NCBI GenBank assembly: GCA_964016885.1
Contig: OZ024742.1
Location: 330,088,001 to 330,152,000, forward strand
Reading direction: 5' to 3'
From: Eledone cirrhosa
Lineage: Eukaryota
Length of the DNA stretch: 64,000 nt
Part shown: positions 1 through 11,336 of the stretch, piece after piece
Layout of the letters: each line of letters opens with the position of its first letter
Numbering within the stretch: position 1 is the stretch's first letter
Notes under the pieces: generated by a model
Databases searched by the model: none
The model's input: the letters and a program-made list of their open reading frames with translations, nothing else
Told to the model about the DNA's origin: nothing
Translations under genes and position numbers: made by a program

Positions 1-28
1 ACAGAGCTGGCTTATCTAAGAAGTGACT

Positions 29-87
29 AACTGCCTGATAAGGTCATAGCCATTCAATGGCTATCATCGAAATATATATATAGCAGT
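29..87 (+). ncRNA. Degenerate type I hammerhead ribozyme at the 3' end of a PLE entering from the left
   Basis: Stem I ctgc/gcag; core CTGATAA (35-41, G8A relative to CUGAUGA); stem II gtcatagcca-ttcaa-tggctatcat; GAAA (69-72); self-complementary stem III ATATATATAT with an AUA site; (TA)n starts ~45 nt downstream. Confidence 0.65.
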
Positions 88-130
88 ATATAAAGGTTAT
101 GAGTTCATGCAGTTGACTTATATTTCGTCA

Positions 131-133
<3 letters not shown>

Positions 134-200
<67 letters not shown>
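134..200. repeat. (TA)n microsatellite, insertion site of PLEs
   Basis: Pure TA run directly visible; abuts the left arm of the PLE at 201. Confidence 0.95.
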
Positions 201-206
<6 letters not shown>

Positions 207-1654
207 AGATCAAAAGATGGTTAAAGGAGTTCCATATATTTTATTATGCGCATTTCAAAAACAAACATCATCAAGCAATAATATTTGTGTTTTCAAAAGA
301 TAAAACAGGAGAACATGATATGAAGGCTAAAAAACACTTGTGGATAGTGCAGTTTTAAATCAACATATGAAAAATGGTTTTAGATTGATGTGTGATATTG
401 GGAAAAATATTTTATTTAGAGAGGGGGGGAGGGGGGAAAGGATGAAAGGGGAGGAGATGATAGGGACAGATGGGTGATAGAGAGAAAGAGATAGTTTTTA
501 TAACTGAGAGGAGATATATTTTTTACATAGAGAGGTTGAAAACCGTTGGAAGATACTGTATAAATTAAAAATTTTGAAAATTAACGAAGGGAGGATATGT
601 GCGAGGAAAAATATTTTATTTAGGGAGGGGGGGGGAAAGGATGAAAAAAAGGGGGGAGGAGATGAGAGTGAAGGTGGAGAGGGAGAGATGGGTGATAGAG
701 AGAAAGAGATAGTTTTTATAACTGAGAAAAAGATATATTGTTTTAATATAGAGAGGTTGGGAACCGTTGGAAGATAATGTATAAATTAAAGGAATTTGAA
801 AATTAACGAAGGGAAATTATGTATGAAGATAGAGAGAAAAAAATAATAATTGTGGGTGAATATTCTAACGTCAAAAGAAGAAATGTATGTATTGTGGCAA
901 TTTCAAAATTAGCGAAGAGAAAAATTGTTAAGGTTTGTGTGTAGAAGGATTTGAGAAAAATAATGTGAAGTTAAAGTTTGTATATGATATGTGCGAATAA
1001 AGAGTTAATATGTATTAATAATGAGTTCGTTGATGGGGAGAAAAAAATAATAATAAATTAAGGATGAAATTGAGATTAAAAAGATTTATGATAGAGAGAA
1101 AAAATAATAATGATTGCGGATGAATATTCAAATGACAAAAACAAATGCTATGATTTTACGAGAAGATAGAATGAGGGTAATGAGTAAACGAGTATTATAG
1201 AGTGTATAATGCCCTTTAAAGTAAGGTAGATGGGTATATTTTAAAGAGGTGTATGTATATGTGCCTTTGAGAAAAGATTCTAAATTGATAAAGAATTGAA
1301 TATTAACTGTATACTTTGTGAAAAGTTCTATGGAATTTATGCAGGCAGATAGAAAACAAATCTGAGCGTCTATTTATTATAGAATCTAGGTTAGAGATAA
1401 TGATAAATTTTTCATTTAGGCAGAGATTACAGATTTTAGATAGAGAGCTGTTCAAGTATGAGGATGCAGAAGAAATCTTCTTCCAAAAGATGGTATATTT
1501 AATGTTTTTGTCTTTTAAGGACCATATGAGTTCTAAGAGAGCAGTGTTAGTTCTTTTAAGTTTGTATTTGAAAGATGAATGATGATTATAGAGACGAGCT
1601 TTAAAAGAGGTGGAAGTGGAGCCAAAATAGGTGAAGGAATTGGTGCTAGTTATA
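201..1654 (-). repeat. Inverted copy (~1.45 kb) of the element's 3' part (GIY-YIG C-terminus + 3' UTR)
   Basis: Minus ORF 1303..1704 repeats the last ~115 aa of ORF 1579..3534 with two substitutions; ends aatataagatcaaaag and cttttgatcttatatt match. Confidence 0.95.
229..314 (-). ncRNA. Hammerhead copy in the inverted arm with mutated core
   Basis: Same stems as 4524-4609, but the core reads CTTTTGA instead of CTGATGA. Confidence 0.75.
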
Positions 1655-3534
1655 TGACCGAACCATTCCTCCCAAGAACTCCGAGGATAAATCTCAAGGA
1701 TCACAAAAACAATTTTCGCACTGAACTACCTGTTAGATTAATCGCCCCCTCTAAATCTGATCTGGGGGTTGTTAGTAAAGCCATCTTGGATAGGATTATC
1801 CCACAGGTTAGTTCTAATTGCTCTTCTTTAAACCTAAATTTATGGTTTGGTACTTCTGAAGTGATTGGCTGGTTCAACACATTGGATAATAAAAACAAAC
1901 TAAAATTTATTCAATTTGATATTGCCAGCTACTATTGCTCCATTTCGCCTTCACTTCTCAATAATGCTCTATCTTTCGCACTTAAATATTCTGACATCAG
2001 CACAGATGAACTTCACAACATCCTCACCGCACGTAAAACCATCCTAGAGTTCAACAACGAATATTGGACCAGAGCCGATACCTCTAACAACTTCGACATC
2101 ACAATGGGAGCATCCGATTCATCCCAATTGACTGATTTAATTGGTATCTTCATTTTGAACTCTTTGAGTCGGAAAATTCCTCAACTTCGCGGTGAAATTT
2201 ATCGTGACGATGGACTCTTTACTATCCTAAATTGCAATATAGTTAAACTTAATATTATTAAGAACAATATACGTAATCTCTTTAACCAACATAACCTAAA
2301 AATTGAATTTGATAATAGTATCAAACTAGCTAATTTCTTGGATGTATCTCTTAATCTTGACACTGGCCTATATTACCCTTACCATAAAAACAATGAGAAC
2401 CTTAATTATGTTAACTTTAAATCTAACCATCCTACCAATATCAAGAATGCTATAGTTAATAATATTGGAAATAGAATATCTAACATATCTTCTAATAAAA
2501 ACATATTTGATGCTAACGCCAATTACTATAATAACGCACTTTCTAAAGCCGGCTATCCAGATAAAATCATATATAATAAAGAAACAAATTCTAGAAAAAC
2601 TTACAGTAGAATGATTAATCATAACCATTCCAATAATTTTAATAAAAGACCTAGATACAAAAACATAATCTGGTATAATGCTCCTTTCTCCATCTCTATT
2701 AATAACAATATTCCTAAATTATTTTTTAGTGCCTTAAATAAATGCTTCCCTCCCTCACATATCTATAGTAAAATATTTAACAAACACACCATCAAATTTT
2801 CGTATTCTACATCCTCCAATATTTCCAACATCATCTCTAAACAAAACAACAAAATATTAAATACTAAATCTCTTCCTTCCAATATTGAATTTCATAATAA
2901 CAGTAATAGTACTCCCGACGTCATTGTAAACCCTAGGCTAACTTCTGTAAACCCAAATACAACGTCAAACACAACTTCGCTAAATGTTCATAATGCAACT
3001 CTAAATCAAGAAACTATTATTCCTATTATTCCTATCGCAAACAACTTCTCCAATCCAATTCCTTCTATAGATAACACTAGATCACTCATTAATAATCTCT
3101 CTAATTGCAATTGCCGCATTAAAAATAAATGTCCTCTCAACAACCATTGCCTCGATAAAAACTTAATTTATGAATGTAAAATTATAACTAGCACCAATTC
3201 CTTCACCTATTTTGGCTCCACTTCCACCTCTTTTAAAGCTCGTCTCTATAATCATCATTCATCTTTCAAATACAAACTTAAAAGAACTAACACTGCTCTC
3301 TCAGAACTCATATGGTCCTTAAAAGACAAAAACATTAAATATACCATCTTTTGGAAGAAGATTTCTTCTGCATCCTCATACTTGAACAGCTCTCTATCTA
3401 AAATCTGTAATCTCTGCCTAAATGAAAAATTTACCATTATCTCTAACCTAGATTCTATAATAAATAGACGCTCAGATTTGTTTTCTATCTGCCTGCATAA
3501 ATTCCATAGAACTTTTCACAAAGTATACAGTTAA
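1654..3534 (+). CDS. PLE reverse transcriptase - GIY-YIG endonuclease (N-terminally truncated)
   Basis: LKDHK..F...P.RLI.PSKS, FIQFDI..YY, FDITMG, IYRDDGL, FLDV, CNCx5C linker, LIY..YFG, CNLC..EK. The first 25 aa of the called ORF (1579-1653) are antisense sequence from the inverted arm. Confidence 0.9.
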   Translation: MTEPFLPRTPRINLKDHKNNFRTELPVRLIAPSKSDLGVVSKAILDRIIPQVSSNCSSLNLNLWFGTSEVIGWFNTLDNKNKLKFIQFDIASYYCSISPSLLNNALSFALKYSDISTDELHNILTARKTILEFNNEYWTRADTSNNFDITMGASDSSQLTDLIGIFILNSLSRKIPQLRGEIYRDDGLFTILNCNIVKLNIIKNNIRNLFNQHNLKIEFDNSIKLANFLDVSLNLDTGLYYPYHKNNENLNYVNFKSNHPTNIKNAIVNNIGNRISNISSNKNIFDANANYYNNALSKAGYPDKIIYNKETNSRKTYSRMINHNHSNNFNKRPRYKNIIWYNAPFSISINNNIPKLFFSALNKCFPPSHIYSKIFNKHTIKFSYSTSSNISNIISKQNNKILNTKSLPSNIEFHNNSNSTPDVIVNPRLTSVNPNTTSNTTSLNVHNATLNQETIIPIIPIANNFSNPIPSIDNTRSLINNLSNCNCRIKNKCPLNNHCLDKNLIYECKIITSTNSFTYFGSTSTSFKARLYNHHSSFKYKLKRTNTALSELIWSLKDKNIKYTIFWKKISSASSYLNSSLSKICNLCLNEKFTIISNLDSIINRRSDLFSICLHKFHRTFHKVYS

Positions 3535-4523
3535 TATTCAATTCTTTATCAATTTAGAATCTTTTCTCAAAGGCACATATACATACACCTCTTTAAAATA
3601 TACCCATCTACCTTACTTTAAAGGGCATTATACACTCTATAATACTCGTTTACTCATTACCCTCATTCTATCTTCTCGTAAAATCATAGCATTTGTTTTT
3701 GTCATTTGAATATTCATCCGCAATCATTATTATTTTTTCTCTCTATCATAAATCTTTTTAATCTCAATTTCATCCTTAATTTATTATTATTTTTTTCTCC
3801 CCATCAACGAACTCATTATTAATACATATTAACTCTTTATTCGCACATATCATATACAAACTTTAACTTCACATTATTTTTCTCAAATCCTTCTACACAC
3901 AAACCTTAACAATTTTTCTCTTCGCTAATTTTGAAATTGCCACAATACATACATTTCTTCTTTTGACGTTAGAATATTCACCCACAATTATTATTTTTTT
4001 CTCTCTATCTTCATACATAATTTCCCTTCGTTAATTTTCAAATTCCTTTAATTTATACATTATCTTCCAACGGTTCCCAACCTCTCTATATTAAAACAAT
4101 ATATCTTTTTCTCAGTTATAAAAACTATCTCTTTCTCTCTATCACCCATCTCTCCCTCTCCACCTTCACTCTCATCTCCTCCCCCCTTTTTTTCATCCTT
4201 CCCCCCCCCCCCTCCCTAAATAAAATATTTTTCCTCGCACATATCCTCCCTTCGTTAATTTTCAAAATTTTTAATTTATACAGTATCTTCCAACGGTTTT
4301 CAACCTCTCTATGTAAAAAATATATCTCCTCTCAGTTATAAAAACTATCTCTTTCTCTCTATCACCCATCTCTCCCTCTCATCTCCTCCCCTTTCATCCT
4401 TTCCCCCCTCCCCCCTCTCTAAATAAAATATTTTTCCCAATATCACACATCAATCTAAAACCATTTTGCATATGTTGATTTAAAACTGCACTATCCACAA
4501 GTGTTTTTTAGCCTTCATATCAT

Positions 4524-4609
4524 GTTCTCCTGTTCTATCTGATGAAAACACAAATATTATTGCTTGATGATGTTTGTTTTTGAAATGCGCATAATAAAAT
4601 ATATGGAAC
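4524..4609 (+). ncRNA. Type I hammerhead ribozyme with intact core in the PLE 3' pLTR
   Basis: CTGATGA 4539-4545; stem II aaacacaaatattat/atgatgtttgttttt; GAAA 4582-4585; palindromic stem III ATGCGCAT; AUA cleavage after 4593; stem I tgttctat/ataaaata plus gttc/gaac. Confidence 0.85.
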
Positions 4610-4725
4610 TCCTTTAACCATCTTTTGATCTTATATTATGCATACTCCAGTCCCACAAACTGTAGAGTGCTTCTTATCCGATATCTGCATTGCTTTATTG
4701 TACTACAATAAAACTCACCTCCTAC

Positions 4726-4772
<47 letters not shown>

Positions 4773-6310
4773 ACGGGGCCGGTTTCTGCAATTTGCATCA
4801 GACAAATCACACACTCGTTGAATTTGGCAACGCTGCATATTTTAGAAAACAATCCGCCATTATTCATGCTGTATGAATTAAACTGACATGACATGTTTGT
4901 TCAAAAACAAAATGCTATTTGTGATCATTTCTAGATCCAGTTACTGAAAAACATTTAGAAACATTTATCATTAGTTGGAGTTAATGTCTCTGTTAGAAAA
5001 CATTCAAATAATTGTTATTTTTTGTAGGATTTGGTACAGGTTTTAAACCAAGTGTCGGGTCATATTTCCCCTTGAAGCTATTCTGTTTACACAACGACGT
5101 ATCCAATTTTTATTCACGCGCAATATATATCATACCTAGATGGAAATGTTTGATTGTAACACTATATTAATTATGTCCATCCTTAATGTATGTTGCGTGT
5201 CGTCTGACAGTATATTCGTTATGGTGAAGCATACAAGCCGGATAGATTTATTTTCGAATATTATGTTTTTGTTGTAATTGATCCCATTCGGTGTATTGAA
5301 TTATCAGAAACATTATAAAGTTGGACAAAAAGACTTATGATATAAACCTGAAGTGTTATGTTATATATTGAAATTTTCGTGTCAAATTAACATATCTTTT
5401 AAAGGCCTAAAATGAAGAATATTCAAACGTTGGGGTCAATTAAAGGTATTACGGAGAATCAATAAAAGCACAATCTCATGGAACTGTTCCTTAAAGGTAT
5501 TTTCACAAATATTATTGTTGCATATAGGCGTAAAACCAATCCCTCCCAACAGCCAGCACCTCAACGGGGCATGGGCTGTAATCCCACAAACGATGTTGGT
5601 CAACAAAGATTTTCTATACAAGCATCTGCTAATATCCAAGATTAATAGGATCTATTTTTAACGTCAGAGAGCGGTCACCCAATATTTGGAATATGAGACT
5701 ACATATGTTTATGGTATTTATGTTGGAGAAGTAAAGAGATGTTTGAGGTTATTGATTGATTCACTGATTATAATTTTGTAATTTCATATTTTGCTTTGAA
5801 GAAATGAACAATCTTCCATTTACACATCGGGTCATTTATCTTATGCCAGTCAATATTTTTTAGTTATGAAGAGTACTTCTTATTTTCATGTAAATCACGA
5901 TGCAAAAAATCAGATTTTAGTGTTATTTACTTTGTATTTTTTATATAGTCTACCACTCGTTCTTTGTTTACAAATATTGATTTTTGATTTTTTTTCATAT
6001 TATTGAATTTATCTTTGTTTTTCTTTGGATAGAGATTACCAGATAAATGGTGTTAATTAAACGTAATGATTACAGCGAATCGTCGTCAACTTGCTATTAT
6101 TCAAATCCCAGCGAAGTTTTAATTTGTTGGCTAATGGTGTAAGCTCTAAAATGAGAAGAGGCGCGTTAAAATGCCGTTGTTGTTATGTTTAGTCCGATTT
6201 ATTATTTCATAGATCGTCATCATCGTCTATTATATTATAAGATACACATATATGCGCACACACACATATATATATACATATAGATATGTGTGTATACATA
6301 CATAAACGAT

Positions 6311-6344
<34 letters not shown>

Positions 6345-6427
6345 CATTTATATACACATACACACACACACATTTATATATATGCATATATACATATATA
6401 TGCATACATATATCTATACACACACAC

Positions 6428-6466
<39 letters not shown>

Positions 6467-6491
6467 CACGCACACACACACATATATATAT

Positions 6492-7006
6492 GCAAAAGTT
6501 CGATTTAAATTGTTGGGATACAACAAGCAAATATTATTATAACTGATATAAAGCACTCGACAAATATTTGGAGTAGATATACAGTATTAATAAATAGAAA
6601 CTATATATAAAACCATATTTATTTCATTATATATATTTTAAGGATACCAAGTTAAATCATGGTATGCCTTCATCAGACAAGATACAATATATAACAGTTT
6701 TACAAATAGATAATTGACATACCCTTTCAAAAAGGTGACCGTTGTTTTTGGAGGCCATCCGGATAGTGGTTTGTTTACTTTAGTAAGTCATAACACTATG
6801 ACTTACTAAAGTAAACAAACCACTATCCGGATGGCCTCCAAAAACAACGGTCACCTTTTTGAAAGGGTATGTCAATTATCTATTTGTAAAACTGTTATAT
6901 ATTGTATCTTGTCTGATGAAGGCATACCATGATTTAACTTGGTATCCTTGAAATATATATAATGAAATAAATATGGTTTTATAAATATAGTTTCCATTTA
7001 TTAATA

Positions 7007-7014
<8 letters not shown>
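6492..7014 (-). mobile_element. Short PLE-derived foldback: ~216 bp inverted arms, 4-nt loop, ~85 bp tail
   Basis: 6577-6792 is the reverse complement of 6797-7014 (loop acac); each arm has a hammerhead motif; right arm is flush with (TA)n; left arm is separated from the TA/CA tract by the unique segment 6492-6576. Confidence 0.8.
6890..6980 (+). ncRNA. Type I hammerhead ribozyme with intact core
   Basis: CTGATGA 6913-6919; stem II aggcatacca/tggtatcctt; GAAA 6950-6953; palindromic stem III ATATATAT; AUA site; the mirror copy in the left arm has GAAA>AAAA. Confidence 0.75.
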
Positions 7015-7064
<50 letters not shown>

Positions 7065-7089
7065 TCACAAACACACACATATACATATA

Positions 7090-7173
<84 letters not shown>

Positions 7174-7339
7174 TGTGTGTATGTGTGTGTGTCTGAGTTT
7201 GTGTTTTTAATTTTTGAGACCACAATATAGAGGAATCTTCCAAAATCTATAAATACTGCCTGGTATTTCATCGATCAGGTTCGAATCCTATTCATCATTC
7301 AATGAATTTGTAGGGGAACAAATAGATGGAAAAGACTCA

Positions 7340-9248
7340 TTCTGTGTGTTTGACATGTGTTTGTTAACTCAATAAAATTGTATTTACATATATTCCAGAT
7401 AGATGTGAACGATTAACATTTTCCAATAATTGAATTTAAAGGAATTTCCCGCACCGAATCGTTCAGGATTTCCTTTATTTTCATGAAATCTCTATAAAAA
7501 CATCCTTTCACATATTGCAGTCAGATATTAAAATGTATCATTTTTATATGGTTGCACCGTTTCGATGCTGCAAGATTTATTAAGTGGAAGCCGGATATAG
7601 CTCATCTGAATAAGCTTGCGAAAATTGATAAAAACTGGATGCTAGTTCCAATATAATGTTCTAGGTTAAAGATGACATGGGATATACACCGTTAAATCGG
7701 AAATAAAATATTGTAATCTCGTATATCCAGGTACCATCTATAGGTGTTATTGTGTACAATTACAATATTATTTAATCACAAGGCCGCTGTGAATCTATGT
7801 ATGTAATCTCCCATAATTGCAACACAGTAATTTCGAACGTGGCTGCAAATGAATGCAAAGTGAACCTTTTCGTTATAAGACCATGATAGGTTTATTTCTT
7901 ACCTCATATCTCCTGATATACCGATGGATTTCATTGTTTGACTTCATGCTTCAACTTTGCTTACACTATTCATAGTTTTCTGCACGCACTTATAATCATT
8001 ACACAGTAGGCTTAACATTGATTCCAGAGTTGGTTTTTGCAATATGTTTATAGTAATTATTTTTGTATATATATATAAGAAATGTTTATTCTGAGTCAGG
8101 CATGATGCTCCAATTCATAGAAACTTAGTTAAATAGACGTTTGTGCACAGATGGTCAATTGCCATATACAGAAATATGAGGGATTAGGATGATGGACGAG
8201 CAATTTCTAGCAAGTTACCTGTCCAAGCACATGCGTCATTATTAACAAAATTCCCATATGATGCTTCAGTTGTTCAGTTTCTTCTTAAATATTTTATTAT
8301 TTCTACAAATAAATAACTCCATATTTAAACAAAAAGTTTAGTTTCATTACTTATTCTTTGAAACACAATTAAGTCTATTTAGTAATTGATCACTTCTAGA
8401 ATCAGAGTATTGTTGTCGTCGTTTGTCTTGAGGGTCATATCTGGCCTTATAGAAATGTCGTACACTTAGATATTTTTATTGTGTGATCATATCATGTATT
8501 TTTCAAATGCCAATTTCAGGCATATTTAGTAATATCTCTATATTATGAATTGACCAATTATATGACTCCAGTTGGCTCTGCGGTTCTTTATAATTTTAGA
8601 AATATTTTTATAAGAGCTGTATATATTTGGAATGATGCTAGAATTCCTTGAATATTATTCTTCTTGAAAGGATATTTGAGGAGTGAAATCTGCTAAAGGC
8701 AAAGCTATTTGTAACCTGTGTGGTGGGAAGCTAAAATCCATTCGTTCAACTGTTGCTGTAAGTTAAAATCCCTGAGCTATTTCTGATTTATGCGGAGCGT
8801 TTCTATTTTCAAACCAGTAGTTTCAATATATTATATATTAAATTTGACATGGAATAAATATCGATACTTTGAATTGAATGTAATCTGCTACTGGCTGTAG
8901 TATTGTCTCGCCGCCAGTAACTGCTGTTTCGAAAATCTGTCGTGAAAGTATAGATATTCAATATATGAAATAAGTATTTCATACAGACAATGTTTAATGT
9001 ATCCAAAGGTATATCATAATAGTATATGCTTTATCTGCAACTAGAACTGAATAAATTCGTTAAGAATTGTTGTGATATGTTACAATTTTACTTGAAAGAA
9101 GACATGCATAGTAAGGGGGAATTCATTGTGAATACAAATATCGTATCACTTTAATGAAGGACAGAATTGACTTTGTTAGCGAAGATAGAAGAGTTATAAA
9201 ACAAAATAAGAAAGAATATATAGTTTTATGTTTGAAAGGCAACAACAT
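7340..9248 (-). pseudogene. Candidate decayed Toll-like receptor / LRR gene
   Basis: Hand translation across many stops and frameshifts gives a hydrophobic leader (MLLPFKHKTIYSFLFCFITLLSSLT), FCPS..IC, LRR-like pieces (KIETLRIN, VERMDFS, SLIFLYMA, ELEH..LTQNK), a hydrophobic IGTSIQFLSIFASLF, and TIR-box-like YKNDTF/ISDC and CFYRDF. Confidence 0.35.
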
Positions 9249-9265
9249 TTATATGTAATTTCAGG

Positions 9266-9304
<39 letters not shown>

Positions 9305-9463
9305 TAAAATGGCTGGCTGTGTGGTTGTAAGTAAGTATAATGAAAATAAAAGTTACTGCAACGCGGAGAAATACCTCTGATTCCTAGTAGACTTAACTAT
9401 ATATAGTAACTTATATATATATATTTACAAAAAAGTTGTATTCAACTCAAATTTTCGTTAAGT

Positions 9464-9539
<76 letters not shown>

Positions 9540-9753
9540 TATATATATATATATATATAAATATACATATATATGTGTGTGTGTGTGAGGAGGGGGGGTT
9601 ATATATAGATGTGAACATAATATAAAATTCACATATTACAGTTTTACAGTACTCGTAGTACAGGTCTGCATTCAAGGGTCACCGAATTTGTCCCGAAAGG
9701 GGAAACTCCATAACACCACCACAGTCGCAGACACACACACACACACATATCTA

Positions 9754-9785
<32 letters not shown>

Positions 9786-9877
9786 GTGTGTAGTCACTAT
9801 CCAGGTTAGAATACTAATCAGTACCTTAGTAGGTTATAGTTATCTTCCTTTTATATAAATAAATAAATAAATAAATA

Positions 9878-9937
<60 letters not shown>

Positions 9938-9940
<3 letters not shown>

Positions 9941-11280
9941 CAATATATTTAGAAACACACAGATACATGCGGACACACACATATACATGAATGCATCCGC
10001 ACCCAACCGTGAGTTAAGGGTGCCAACTTCACCGATGTTGCTCAATGAATGACTGGCATAGACCAATCCGGTTGAACTAGACTGAACCAGTATCAGAGTT
10101 AAAAATACATTATGAAGAGAGAAGAAACATTTAGATATAATTAGTAATAAAATGTATCATACCTAAACTGCTCCTAGATTCCTCGACTACGTAGTTTCGT
10201 GGCATAAACAAAAACAATACATCATAAAGATATAGAGTCCTTGTGAGGTCTGCCGACTTATCAAGAGGATACCTCATTTTACTAGTCTCAAGAACGCGTC
10301 TACACGACGTGAGAAAGAATCCCAAAAGGCGGAGGGGGAGATAGTCACGCGATATAACGGTCGAGAAACAGAGCTAAGCCTCTTATAACCCCGAAGAAAA
10401 TACCACGGAGGCGGAGGGGGTATTTATATTGAAGCCGTAGAAGAGGTGGTGAAGGAGGCGAGAAGTATGAGTAATGGAAGCTTTCCAGCAGGCCACACAC
10501 TTCAAAGATTGCTCGACCAGAGGGAGTTATTAACAATATATTTAGAAACACACAGATACATGCGGACATATGATGTATTGTTTTTGTTTATGCCACGAAA
10601 CTACGTAGTCGAGGAATCTAGGAGCAGTTTAGGTATGATACATTTTATTACTAATTATATCTAAATGTTTCTTCTCTCTTCATAATGTATTTTTAACTCT
10701 GATACTGGTTCAGTCTAGTTCAACCGGATTGGTCTGTCCCAGCCATTCATTGAGCAACATCGGTGAAGTTGGCACCCTTAACTCACGGTTGGGTGCGGAT
10801 GCATTCATGTATATGTGTGTGTTCGCATGTATCTGTGTGTTTCTAAATATATTGTTAATAACTCCCTCTGGTCGAGCAATCTTTGAAGTGTGGGGACTGC
10901 TGGAAAGCTTCCATTACTCATACTTCTCGTCTCCTTCACCACCTCTTCTACGGCTTCGATATAAATACCCCCTCCGCCTCCGTGGTATTTTCTTCGGGGT
11001 TATAAGAGGCATAGCTCTGTTTCTCGACCGTTATATCGCGTGACGATCTCCCCCTCCGCCTTTTGGGATTCTTTCTCACGTTGTTTAGACGCGTTCTTGA
11101 GACTAGTAAAATGAGGTATCCGCTTGATAAGTCGGCAGACCTCGCAAGGACTCTATATCTTTATGATGTATTGTTTTTGTTTATGCCACGAAACTACGTA
11201 GTCGAGGAATCTAGGAGCAGTTTAGGTATGATACATTTTATTACTAATTATATCTAAAAGTTTCATCTCTCTTCATAATG
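9938..11280. mobile_element. Non-coding 593-bp unit present as two divergently oriented, circularly permuted, greater-than-unit-length copies between (TA)n tracts
   Basis: Minus arm 9938-10570 (taacaatatatttag at 9938 and 10531); plus arm 10571-11280 (tgatgtattg at 10571 and 11164); both periods are 593; contains TATAAATA (~10960) and GAAA-CTACGTAG-TC. Confidence 0.8.

Positions 11281-11333
<53 letters not shown>

Positions 11334-11336
<3 letters not shown>

Larger units (their letters stand above)
201..4727 (+). mobile_element. Penelope-like retroelement (Naiad-type), 5'-truncated, with inverted 5' pseudo-LTR and ~90 bp 3' tail
   Basis: RT and GIY-YIG ORF; 201-1654 is the near-perfect reverse complement of 3183-4637; unique tail 4638-4727; (TA)n on both sides; hammerhead in the 3' UTR. 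Confidence 0.9.

Noticed and set aside
1579-1653. N-terminus of the 651-aa ORF
   Set aside because: It is antisense GIY-YIG sequence from the inverted arm, open by chance
3100-4637. Selenocysteine recoding/SECIS, reported for some Naiad PLEs
   Set aside because: All conserved Cys are TGC/TGT, there is no in-frame TGA, the ORF ends in TAA, and no SECIS was recognised
4950-5300. C-terminal half of a TIR domain on the minus strand (LYQILQK..YL)
   Set aside because: Single weak motif requiring frameshifts; not distinguishable from chance
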